Positions 37,484 to 45,936 of a stretch of DNA of 64,000 bases are shown here, in pieces. How positions within the stretch are numbered: position 1 is the first letter of the stretch; each line of letters opens with the position of its first letter. The notes beneath the pieces are model-generated. The model searched no databases, was not told the origin of the DNA, and saw only the letters and a list, made by a program, of their open reading frames with translations. Origin of the DNA: a virus. Both the position numbers and the translations under genes were made by a program. The stretch covers positions 64,001 to 128,000 of IMG/VR virus record IMGVR_UViG_3300017917_003893. One strand, 5' to 3'.

Positions 37484-40030
37484 ATGAATATAAAAGTAAT
37501 AAAGAGAAACGGCAAGAAAGAACCAGTAATGTTGGATAAAATTTTAGACAGGATTACACAACAAACTTATGGCTTAGATAAACTAATTATTCCTTTTGAA
37601 GTTGCTCAGAAAGTAATCGAAGGTATTACTCCTGATATCAAGACTTCAACATTGGATCAATTAGCAATGGAAACAGCGGCATCATTGGCTACAAAACACC
37701 CAGACTATTCGATATTAGCTGCTAGATTAGCAATTACGAATTTACATAAAGAAACTAAAAAGAGTTTTTCAGAGACTGTTGAGGATTTATATAAATATAT
37801 CGATCCTAAAACAAGTAAACACTCACCTATTGTTTCAGAGAACTTCCGTAATTTAGTTAAAAAATACGCTGATGAGTTAGATTCAGCAATCGTACATTCT
37901 CGTGACCATAACTTTGACTATTTTGGTTTTAAAACGTTAGAGAAATCTTACTTATTAAAGATTAATGGTAAAGTAGCAGAACGTCCTCAGTATATGTACA
38001 TGAGAACCGCTATTCAAGTATGGGGTGATAACTTAGAAAAAGTTATTGAAACATATAATTCTTTATCAGAGGGATATTATACTCACGCAACTCCTACCTT
38101 ATTTAACTCAGGTACAACAAGACCTCAATTGTCATCTTGTTTCTTGTTAGATTTAGAATCTGACTCTATTGAAGGTATTTTTAATACACTTAAAGAGTCT
38201 GCTCAAATTTCTAAGAACGCTGGTGGTATTGGTATTGCTTTTACTAAAGTTAGAGCAAAAGGCACATACATTGCTGGTACAAATGGTACTTCAAATGGTA
38301 TTATTCCTTTCTTAAAGATTTATAATGAAACTGCCAGAGCCGTTGACCAAGGTGGTGGTAAACGTAAAGGTTCAATTGCTATCTATATGGAGCCTTGGCA
38401 TTCTGATATTATGGAGTTCTTAGACCTTCGTAAAAACCAAGGTAAAGATGAGGTTCGTGCTCGTGACTTATTCTTAGCTATGTGGATGAATGACTTATTC
38501 ATGGAAAGAGTTGAGTTAGACGAAGATTGGACTTTAATGTGTCCTCATGAATGTTCTGGTTTAACAGAAACTTATGGTGAAGAGTTTAGAGAACTTTACA
38601 CTAGATATGAAAGAGAAGGTAAAGGTAAGAAAACTTTAAAAGCTCGTGAAGTTTGGAATAAAATTCTTGAGTCTCAGATTGAGACAGGTACTCCTTACAT
38701 TCTTTACAAAGATTCAATTAATGAAAAATCAAATCAATCAAATATTGGTGTGATTCGTTCATCTAACCTTTGTGCTGAAATTGTTGAAGCTACAGGTGTT
38801 ACTAAGACACAAGCTGAAATTCTTCAGAATAAAGAATTACTTGAAAAGTTAGGATTAAGTGAGTTTTATGGTGAGGAATCTGTAAATGAAACAGCTGTTT
38901 GTAACTTGGCTTCAATTGCGCTTCCTAAATTTGTAAATAAGAATAAGACTTATAACTTTAATAAGTTATATGAAGTTGCTTATCAAGCCACTATCAACTT
39001 AAACAATGTAATTGATGTTAACTTCTATCCTTCTCCTGCTGCTAAGTTTTCTAACTTATTACACAGACCAATTGGTTTAGGTGTTCAAGGTTTGGCTGAT
39101 GTATTCTTTATGCTAGGATTACCGTATGAGTCAGATGAGGCTAAGTCAATAAACAAAGAAATTTTTGAGACTATTTACTATGCTTCTATTAAGGCTTCTT
39201 GTGATTTAGCAAAAACAGATGGTTCTTATGCTACATATCAAGGTTCTCCTATTTCTCAAGGTAAGTTTCAGTTTGATTTATGGGGTGTTACTCCAACTAA
39301 GAGATGGGATTGGGATAAATTAAGAGAAGATGTTAAGAAACATGGTGTTAGAAACTCTTTAACAACTTGTATTATGCCTACGGCTTCAACAGCCTCTATT
39401 TTAGGTAACGAGGCATCTTGTGAAGCACAAACATCAAATATGTATACTCGTTCAGTATTATCTGGTACATTTATCCTAGTTAATAAATATCTTGTTAAGG
39501 AGTTAGTTAAATTAGGTATTTGGAATGATACTATTAGAAAGAAGATTATTACTGAAAATGGTTCTGTTCAAAACATTCCTGAGATTCCAACAAATCTTAA
39601 AGAAATATTCAAGACAGTTTATGAAATTAAACAAAGAGATGTTATTGATATGGCGGCTGATAGAGGTGCTTTCATTGACCAAACACAGTCTATGAATATC
39701 TTTATGGATTCACCTAACTTTGCTAAGTTAACAGCTATGCATTTTTATGGATGGGGTCGTAGAAACTTTATTATGAACTCAGATGGAACTCCAAATATTC
39801 CACAAGGTGAAAACATTGAAATTATTTACGATAAAGATGGTAAGCCAAGATGTTATCGTGATAAGAGATTCAATCTTAAAACAGGAATCTATTATTTAAG
39901 AAATAAGGGTGCCGCTGATGCTGTTAAGTTCACAATTCAAGAAGAACAAAAGAAATCTGTTGAAGAACAAATGGCTGAAATTAGCTGTTCACTTGATAAT
40001 CCAGATGACTGCTTAGCTTGTGGATCATAA
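37484..40030 (+). CDS. nrdA: Class Ia ribonucleotide reductase large subunit with ATP cone
   Basis: VIKRNG ATP cone, ATPTLFN, SSCFL, SNLCAEI, PTAST and C-terminal CLACGS. Confidence 0.96.
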   Translation: MNIKVIKRNGKKEPVMLDKILDRITQQTYGLDKLIIPFEVAQKVIEGITPDIKTSTLDQLAMETAASLATKHPDYSILAARLAITNLHKETKKSFSETVEDLYKYIDPKTSKHSPIVSENFRNLVKKYADELDSAIVHSRDHNFDYFGFKTLEKSYLLKINGKVAERPQYMYMRTAIQVWGDNLEKVIETYNSLSEGYYTHATPTLFNSGTTRPQLSSCFLLDLESDSIEGIFNTLKESAQISKNAGGIGIAFTKVRAKGTYIAGTNGTSNGIIPFLKIYNETARAVDQGGGKRKGSIAIYMEPWHSDIMEFLDLRKNQGKDEVRARDLFLAMWMNDLFMERVELDEDWTLMCPHECSGLTETYGEEFRELYTRYEREGKGKKTLKAREVWNKILESQIETGTPYILYKDSINEKSNQSNIGVIRSSNLCAEIVEATGVTKTQAEILQNKELLEKLGLSEFYGEESVNETAVCNLASIALPKFVNKNKTYNFNKLYEVAYQATINLNNVIDVNFYPSPAAKFSNLLHRPIGLGVQGLADVFFMLGLPYESDEAKSINKEIFETIYYASIKASCDLAKTDGSYATYQGSPISQGKFQFDLWGVTPTKRWDWDKLREDVKKHGVRNSLTTCIMPTASTASILGNEASCEAQTSNMYTRSVLSGTFILVNKYLVKELVKLGIWNDTIRKKIITENGSVQNIPEIPTNLKEIFKTVYEIKQRDVIDMAADRGAFIDQTQSMNIFMDSPNFAKLTAMHFYGWGRRNFIMNSDGTPNIPQGENIEIIYDKDGKPRCYRDKRFNLKTGIYYLRNKGAADAVKFTIQEEQKKSVEEQMAEISCSLDNPDDCLACGS

Positions 40031-40054
40031 GATTAAATAAAACAAATTAAATTA

Positions 40055-40081
40055 AAAGGGAGATGAACATCTCCCTTTTTT
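40055..40081 (+). terminator. Terminator after nrdA
   Basis: aaaagggagatg-aa-catctcccttttt. Confidence 0.8.
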
Positions 40082-40108
40082 GTTATATAATAAAAAAGAT
40101 TTTTTAAT

Positions 40109-40753
40109 ATGAATAAAATTGAAATAGAAGGTAAATTAAATAAATCTTGGGTTAATAGTCTATTAGCTGAGGGTTATACAACATATGATATTGTATCAAA
40201 CTATGAAATAGATGAAGATGTTATTTTAGAGTGTTATGAGTTTTTAGATAAAAATGTAATAATACAAGGTCTTAATTTATCAGAAGATTTTATAAACAAG
40301 TCTATTGAAATACAATATTTAGACTTAGAAGATATAAAGGAACTAAGTATGTCTACTTATGCTAATTTGTCTCCGGAATTTATATCTAAATATAAAGAGT
40401 ATATCAACTGGAATAGAATGATTCTCTACATTTCAACTCAGTCAAATTCATTTGATGAATATGTTGAGGTTATTAATGATAAAGACTTATGGCAAGTTAT
40501 TAGTGCTAATGATTTACCATTAGAGTTTATAAGAGAATATAAAGATAAATTAGATTGGTCTTATTTATCAATGGTTAAGTGTTTTACAGATGAGGAAAAA
40601 GAAGAGTTTGGTGATTATATTCTTACACCTGTACAAAAAGAAATAAGCGATGAGTCATTTATTAATCAAGATGATTTAAAATTCTCAGATAAGATGACTG
40701 ATGAAGAGTTAGAAGATTTAATTAATGAAATCTCAAAACATATAGGAAAGTAA
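40109..40753 (+). CDS. Hypothetical protein with tryptophan-repeat-like units
   Basis: LSPEFISKYKEYINW and LPLEFIREYKDKLDW repeats. Confidence 0.65.
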   Translation: MNKIEIEGKLNKSWVNSLLAEGYTTYDIVSNYEIDEDVILECYEFLDKNVIIQGLNLSEDFINKSIEIQYLDLEDIKELSMSTYANLSPEFISKYKEYINWNRMILYISTQSNSFDEYVEVINDKDLWQVISANDLPLEFIREYKDKLDWSYLSMVKCFTDEEKEEFGDYILTPVQKEISDESFINQDDLKFSDKMTDEELEDLINEISKHIGK

Positions 40754-40754
40754 A

Positions 40755-40913
40755 ATGTCAAATTATCAATTAAAAATTTTAGAAAAGTTAGATGATGAGG
40801 ATTGGAATTATCCAAGCGTGGTAAAGGTTGTAATGAAACCTAAATCTGCTATAAACAATCCACCTTTGAAAAAAACGAAATTTTCGAGGTTGATATATAC
40901 TGAACAAAAATAA
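40755..40913 (+). CDS. Small hypothetical protein (52 aa, not in ORF track)
   Basis: MSNYQLKILEKLDDEDWNYP...; starts right after the upstream stop. Confidence 0.45.
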   Translation: MSNYQLKILEKLDDEDWNYPSVVKVVMKPKSAINNPPLKKTKFSRLIYTEQK

Positions 40914-40949
40914 TTAAAAATATTTTTTACAAGATTTAAAACTTTTTCA

Positions 40950-40957
40950 TATCTTTG
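40950..40957 (+). promoter_or_regulatory. Bacteroidota-type -7 element upstream of the ncRNAs
   Basis: TATCTTTG about 27 nt before RNA 1. Confidence 0.55.
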
Positions 40958-40983
40958 TATAAAATAAAAACAAATAAAAAAAC

Positions 40984-41048
40984 CCAGTAGCGAATTGAAG
41001 TGTTACTTCGTATGGATTGAAAAAACACACTTTAATGATTTACTCTGG
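40984..41048 (+). ncRNA. Ro60-associated Y-like RNA 1 (about 65 nt)
   Basis: CCAG/CTGG closing stem, TAGCGA internal loop, ATTGAAGTGT/ACACTTTAAT stem, then TACTTCG. Same architecture as RNA 2. Confidence 0.65.
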
Positions 41049-41066
41049 TCAATATATAGGCTAAAC

Positions 41067-41332
41067 CGCAAGCATAGCGATAGTTTGAGATACTTCGATA
41101 AATATCAATTAAACTATGACAGCCAAAGTGCCGAGCTAACAGCAAAGCTACCTTTCAATCTCCAATTGGCTGATTGATAAAAAGGTGAAAAAGTTCGAAA
41201 AGTACCTCGTAAAGGGCTAAGGAATTCAGAAACTTCCTTTAAATAAAGAACTGAGTGAGATAGTCACTTCAACCATCGGCAAAGTTTCGGGAGAATTCTT
41301 TGTAACGCTTAGGCTAAATTTTCTTGCTTGCG
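41067..41332 (+). ncRNA. Ro60-associated Y-like RNA 2 (about 266 nt) with a large structured insert
   Basis: CGCAAGCA/TGCTTGCG terminal stem, TAGCGA, TAGTTTGAG/CTTAGGCTA stem, TACTTCG, and many internal helices. AATATATA lies at 41051 and a terminator follows. Confidence 0.7.
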
Positions 41333-41344
41333 ATTAACATATAT

Positions 41345-41384
41345 GACCAGATTAACTTTACTGTTAGTCTGGTCTTTTTTTTTT
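41345..41384 (+). terminator. Strong terminator after the Y-like RNAs
   Basis: gaccagattaac-tttact-gttagtctggtc followed by T10. Confidence 0.85.
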
Positions 41385-41394
41385 GAACAAACTC

Positions 41395-41465
41395 GGACAA
41401 GCTCGTGTATCTCGAAAGAGTGAACGGTTTCTAGAGCCAAGGTGGTATCCCACGAGCCTCTGTCC
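41395..41465 (+). ncRNA. Structured multi-way-junction element in the Ro60 leader
   Basis: GGACA/TGTCC and GCTCGTG/CACGAGC stems enclose a CTC-GAAA-GAG hairpin and a GGTT/AGCC hairpin; GC-rich island in an AT-rich background. Confidence 0.55.
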
Positions 41466-41500
41466 CTTAAATAGAAATTAATAAAAATTAAAACGATATT

Positions 41501-42952
41501 ATGTCAAAATTTAACACAACAATGCCAAAGGCAAAAACTCTTACTGAAAACCTAGCAGGTGGTCAAGCTTACTCTCAATCAAATGAGTTAGCTTTAGTTT
41601 CTCTTCTTTTAACATCTTTTGTTAATGATCAGTTCTATAGGAATGCTCAAACGACTCTTGATGAATTGAGAAGCCTTATCACTAAGGTTAAAGATAAAGA
41701 ATTTGTTGCTAAGGCGGCTATATTTGCTCGTGACCGTTTTGGTATGAGAAGTATTACTCATGCTCTTGCTGGTGAATTAACTTCACAACTATCGGGTGCG
41801 GAGTGGGGTAAAAACTTCTACGACAAAGTAGTTGTTCGTGTTGATGATATGACTGAAATCATGTCATACTACTTGGCTTATAAGACATCTAAAGATAGTC
41901 CTAAGTTTCCAAACTCTTTGAAGAAGGGTTTTGCTAAGGCTTTTGATAAGTTTGATGGTTATCAACTTGCTAAGTACAAAGGTGATAACAAAGAAGTTAA
42001 ACTTGTTGACCTTGTTAACATTGTTCACCCAGTTCCAACTGAAAGAAACAAATCTGCTCTTGAGTCACTTGTTAAAGGTGAACTAAAGAACACTCAAACT
42101 TGGGAAGCTAAACTTTCACAAGCAGGGCAAATGGCTGAATCTGAAGAAGATTTGGCTCAACTGAAGGCTGATGCTTGGCAAGAACTTATCTCTACAAGAA
42201 AGATTGGTTACTTTGCTCTTCTTAGAAACTTGAGAAATATCATCACTCAATCACCATCTGCTGTTAAGTCAGCATGTGAGTTGTTAGTTGATGAGAGAAT
42301 GATTAAGAATTCAAGAGTTCTTCCATTCCGTTTCTCAACTGCATATGAAGAAATCTCTAAGTTAGGTTCTTCTAAAGAAGTTCGTGATGTTCTTGTTGCT
42401 ATTAACCAAGCATTGGATATCTCAGTATGTAACGTTCCTAAGTTTGACGGTGAAACACTTGTTGTTATGGACGTTTCTGGTTCAATGAGTGGTAAACCAT
42501 CTGAGATTGCTTCTTTGTTTGGTGCTATTTTAGCTAAAGTTAATAACTGTGATGTTATGACTTTCTCTACTGATGCTCAATATAAGCAATACAATCCAAT
42601 GGATTCAGTGTTGACTATTAGAGGTTCTTTTAGATACTCTGGTGGTGGTACAAACTTTAAGTCTATCTTTCAGAAGGCTAACAAAAAGTATGACAGAGTA
42701 ATTATCTTGTCAGATATGCAAGGTTGGATGGGGTACACTACACCATCTTCTGAGTTTGCTCAGTACAAAAAGAAATACAATGCTAATCCATTTGTATATT
42801 CTTGGGACCTTGCTGGATTGGGTACTTTACAGTTCCCAGAACAAAATGTCTTTGCTTTGGCTGGCTTCAGTGATAAAGTATTTGACATCATGAAAATGAT
42901 GGAGTTAGACAAGAAGGCTCTTTACAATGAGATTAAAGCTATACAGCTTTAA
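41501..42952 (+). CDS. rsr: Ro60/TROVE domain RNA-binding protein with vWA domain
   Basis: NLAGGQAY, DQFY, FARDRFGMRS, YQLAKY, TWE, ALLRNLRNI, LPFRF, MIDAS motif DVSGSM, GGTN and ILSDMQ. Confidence 0.93.
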   Translation: MSKFNTTMPKAKTLTENLAGGQAYSQSNELALVSLLLTSFVNDQFYRNAQTTLDELRSLITKVKDKEFVAKAAIFARDRFGMRSITHALAGELTSQLSGAEWGKNFYDKVVVRVDDMTEIMSYYLAYKTSKDSPKFPNSLKKGFAKAFDKFDGYQLAKYKGDNKEVKLVDLVNIVHPVPTERNKSALESLVKGELKNTQTWEAKLSQAGQMAESEEDLAQLKADAWQELISTRKIGYFALLRNLRNIITQSPSAVKSACELLVDERMIKNSRVLPFRFSTAYEEISKLGSSKEVRDVLVAINQALDISVCNVPKFDGETLVVMDVSGSMSGKPSEIASLFGAILAKVNNCDVMTFSTDAQYKQYNPMDSVLTIRGSFRYSGGGTNFKSIFQKANKKYDRVIILSDMQGWMGYTTPSSEFAQYKKKYNANPFVYSWDLAGLGTLQFPEQNVFALAGFSDKVFDIMKMMELDKKALYNEIKAIQL

Positions 42953-42954
42953 TT

Positions 42955-42984
42955 AAAAAACCCACTTAATGAGTGGGTTTTTTT
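42955..42984. terminator. Bidirectional terminator
   Basis: aaaaaacccact-taatg-agtgggtttttt. Confidence 0.85.
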
Positions 42985-43819
42985 ATTTCTTAAATGAGTT
43001 ATTTCTTAGTATCATTTTAGTATGAGTTGGATGACTTAGTATTATATTAAAGTCTTTCTTAACTTCATTTCTTAAATATGGTAGAACAAAGTTGTCTTCA
43101 TATAATATTGAGTACGAACCAGGTATCTTAGATTTTAATGTTTCAAGTGTTATTGGTAAATAGTTTTCATTAACTTCTCTTTCCCAGTTGTCTGTGTATT
43201 TATACTTTAATAAAAAATGTACAAAGCTTCTGTAGTCTGAGTTTATACTACCCCATACTTCTTCAAATGAAGTTAGGCTTTTCGTATCAGCCATTCTTCT
43301 TAATTTTTTAGCATCTTCTTTGAAGTTATTTATTTCATTTCTAGTTAGAGTAACTGACGGTATCATATCTCTTATTGTAATATATTTGAATTTTCCACCA
43401 AATACTTGTTGATTCCAAAACTTACTAACAACTAATGAACTTGAATATGAGTAAACTTCATGTATTACAGAGCTTAGATTAAGTAGAGGATTTTTATATC
43501 CTGATATTTCTTTTAACACTTCATTCCAATCGTCTGTTAGAACTGCATTACTAGGTAGTTTTCCTCTAGCAATTTCAAGCATTTTTGAATCTAAGTCATA
43601 ACCTATAATTTTAACATTTGGTCTCACACTTGAAACACTCTTTAAGAATGTTCCGTCAGCACATCCAAAATCAACTATAACATCAAATTTAAATTCATTT
43701 ACAAAGAATAGCTTATCAGACATAGTTGTATTCATGTCTGATATGTATTGATCGTAATTTGATATTGGATTTTCTCCTACTAGTTCTTCTAGAAATAGTT
43801 GCCAAGATAGTATTCTCAT
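42983..43819 (-). CDS. Class I SAM-dependent methyltransferase
   Basis: Motifs IVDFGCADG, IGYDLD and LSSVIHEVYSY. Confidence 0.8.
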   Translation of the reverse strand: MRILSWQLFLEELVGENPISNYDQYISDMNTTMSDKLFFVNEFKFDVIVDFGCADGTFLKSVSSVRPNVKIIGYDLDSKMLEIARGKLPSNAVLTDDWNEVLKEISGYKNPLLNLSSVIHEVYSYSSSLVVSKFWNQQVFGGKFKYITIRDMIPSVTLTRNEINNFKEDAKKLRRMADTKSLTSFEEVWGSINSDYRSFVHFLLKYKYTDNWEREVNENYLPITLETLKSKIPGSYSILYEDNFVLPYLRNEVKKDFNIILSHPTHTKMILRNNSFKK

Positions 43820-43835
43820 AGACTTATATATTAAA

Positions 43836-44606
43836 TTATTTCCAGATTTTTTCTAAATCAATTTTAGATGTTATTTCTATAACTTTGTTTCCTGTTTTAA
43901 GAGAATATTTTTGAATAGGTTGAAATAGTTTTACAATTTTTTTAATTTTTTTACTATCTTCTATATCTATATCTTCGTTAAAAATTTGAATTAAGTTTTC
44001 TATTTCATTAAAAGTTATACTTCTTTTATTGCCTAAAAAGAATATAAAATCATAACTATAATCGTTGTATTTGATTGCATCATGTTCATCTGATTTACTT
44101 ATTAAATAGTTAGTTATGCAGTTCTCAACACCAATTGATGGTAAACTAAACTTAAATCCATCTATTGTAAATTCTTTTTTAGATTCATTATAGTTTTTTT
44201 TCATCTCTTCATTTATAATAAAATAGTTAAAATAATTAGATGAGAATTCAATTGCATTTTCTTTACCGATTTCATCATCAAAATATGTCAAACTTACAGC
44301 TTTTCCTTTTGTAAATCTTACAATCTCTAAAAATAAAAATACAACATCTATACTTTTTAAATCATTGAATTCATAACCCTTTGAGAATATAGAGTTTTTT
44401 TCAACTACCTTTTTTAGTTTATTGATTATTGAACCTAAATCATCTTTAATATAATCATGTTCATATTCTATTATATCTTCTATATTGGCTTTTTTTATTG
44501 TAATTTCAAAATCATCATTGTAAAAAAGTCCTTGCGATGGTAAAGATTTAACATCAACTACCTTTTGAAGATTTAATAACCCTTTTAATAAATTTACTAA
44601 GCTCAT
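43836..44606 (-). CDS. Baseplate hub protein (gp26-like)
   Basis: LPSQGLFY and DLKSIDVVFLFLEI, typical of T4-like hub proteins. Confidence 0.55.
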   Translation of the reverse strand: MSLVNLLKGLLNLQKVVDVKSLPSQGLFYNDDFEITIKKANIEDIIEYEHDYIKDDLGSIINKLKKVVEKNSIFSKGYEFNDLKSIDVVFLFLEIVRFTKGKAVSLTYFDDEIGKENAIEFSSNYFNYFIINEEMKKNYNESKKEFTIDGFKFSLPSIGVENCITNYLISKSDEHDAIKYNDYSYDFIFFLGNKRSITFNEIENLIQIFNEDIDIEDSKKIKKIVKLFQPIQKYSLKTGNKVIEITSKIDLEKIWK

Positions 44607-44668
44607 TTTCTTGGTTATATTTTATGTATATATTATTTATATGAAGGTCATGTTGTCTAATATATACT

Positions 44669-45397
44669 TTGATGATTTTACAAGGTGATTGTTTTGAATT
44701 AATTAAAAATATTGATAGTAAGTCAATAGACTTAATTTTAGTAGATCCACCTTATCTTATTTCTAGAGATTCTAACTTTGACAAATATTCAGGTGATACC
44801 TCAAAGGAAATGGTGACCAAGTATGGTGGTATTTCTATAGATTTTGGTGATTGGGATAAATCAGAATTAAATTGGGATTTTTTATTTAAACAATATAATA
44901 GAATTTTAAAAGATGGTGGTACATTAATTATATTCTATGATATATGGAAGTCAAACGAAATTAAGTTAATGGCTGATAAGTATAAGTTCAAACAACCTAG
45001 AGTTTGTCAGTGGCAAAAAACAAATCCTGTTCCAATAAATTCAAAAGTTAATTATTTATCAAATGCTATTGAGTATTTTTTTACTTTTGTTAAAGGTAAG
45101 AAACCAACATTTCACTCAGTTTATGATAATGGTGTTTATAAATATCCAATTTGTCACGGTAAAGAAAGATATGAGCATCCTACTCAAAAACCACTTCAAT
45201 TAATTTTAGATATTGTAAATAAACATTCTAATAAAGGTGATGTTGTTTTAGATAATTTTGCAGGAACTGGAACTACAGCACACGCTTGTATTTTATCCGA
45301 AAGAAATTACATAGTTATAGAAAAAGATGAAAAATATTTTAATATTTTGAAGTCTAGAATAGAATCAACAACATTAGAAATAAATAATATAAAATAA
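44669..45397 (+). CDS. DNA methyltransferase, N4-C/N6-A beta class
   Basis: Motifs GDC, LVDPPY, HPTQKP and VLDNFAGTGTT. Confidence 0.9.
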   Translation: MMILQGDCFELIKNIDSKSIDLILVDPPYLISRDSNFDKYSGDTSKEMVTKYGGISIDFGDWDKSELNWDFLFKQYNRILKDGGTLIIFYDIWKSNEIKLMADKYKFKQPRVCQWQKTNPVPINSKVNYLSNAIEYFFTFVKGKKPTFHSVYDNGVYKYPICHGKERYEHPTQKPLQLILDIVNKHSNKGDVVLDNFAGTGTTAHACILSERNYIVIEKDEKYFNILKSRIESTTLEINNIK

Positions 45398-45413
45398 AAA
45401 ATAAACAATAAAA

Positions 45414-45815
45414 ATGTCTATTATAGTAAGAAACTCACAATTAAATGATGAAACTATGACTTCTTTGAATAAGTTAGTCGATGTTGATATTAATGCTAAT
45501 GTTGCATTTAAGTTAATGAGAATCATCAAAGAAATATCTTCAATAGTTGAAGATAAAAATAAAATGGAGCAAATGATTATAAACAAACATGCTGAAAAGG
45601 ATGAATCTGGTAAAGTAATACAAGCAAAAGATGACAATGGTAATCCTATACCAGGTGGTGTTAATATAAAAGATATGGATGCATTTTCAGCTGATATGGC
45701 TAATCTTATGGAAGTTGAAAACGAAATCGGATATGATAAGATAAATTTTGAAGATTTAAATCTTAAAACTGCTAAAGTCAAAGATTTAATAAAACTAGAA
45801 TTCTTATTTAATTGA
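45414..45815 (+). CDS. Hypothetical protein, possibly tail-fibre-associated
   Basis: 133-aa helical ORF upstream of the tail genes. Confidence 0.6.
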   Translation: MSIIVRNSQLNDETMTSLNKLVDVDINANVAFKLMRIIKEISSIVEDKNKMEQMIINKHAEKDESGKVIQAKDDNGNPIPGGVNIKDMDAFSADMANLMEVENEIGYDKINFEDLNLKTAKVKDLIKLEFLFN

Positions 45816-45852
45816 TATCTTTAGAAGAAAAACACCAGTTGTTAAAATATTT

Positions 45853-45884
45853 AAAAAGTCTGATAATAATTATCAGACTTTTTT
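45853..45884. terminator. Terminator
   Basis: aaaaagtctgataat-a-attatcagactttt. Confidence 0.7.
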
Positions 45885-45936
45885 ATTAATAGTTGGTCTT
45901 GTTTTTTTAATATATACAAAAAAAGATTAAGACTAA

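Noticed and set aside
38786-39880. Inteins in NrdA
   Set aside because: The insertions are under 40 aa and lack C/S...HN splice motifs.
40995-41177. 60-aa ORF in the ORF track upstream of Ro60
   Set aside because: It has a TTG start, no recognisable protein features, and crosses two structured RNA elements whose covariation explains the sequence better.
41219-41270. Group I intron R/S-like words (TTCAGAAACT, GAGATAGTC)
   Set aside because: The P7 pairing does not form, there is no interrupted gene, and both words lie inside local hairpins.
41067-41332. Complete RNase P RNA
   Set aside because: CR-I (GAGGAAAGUCC) and CR-V, which form P4, are not present. Only S-domain-like words are seen.
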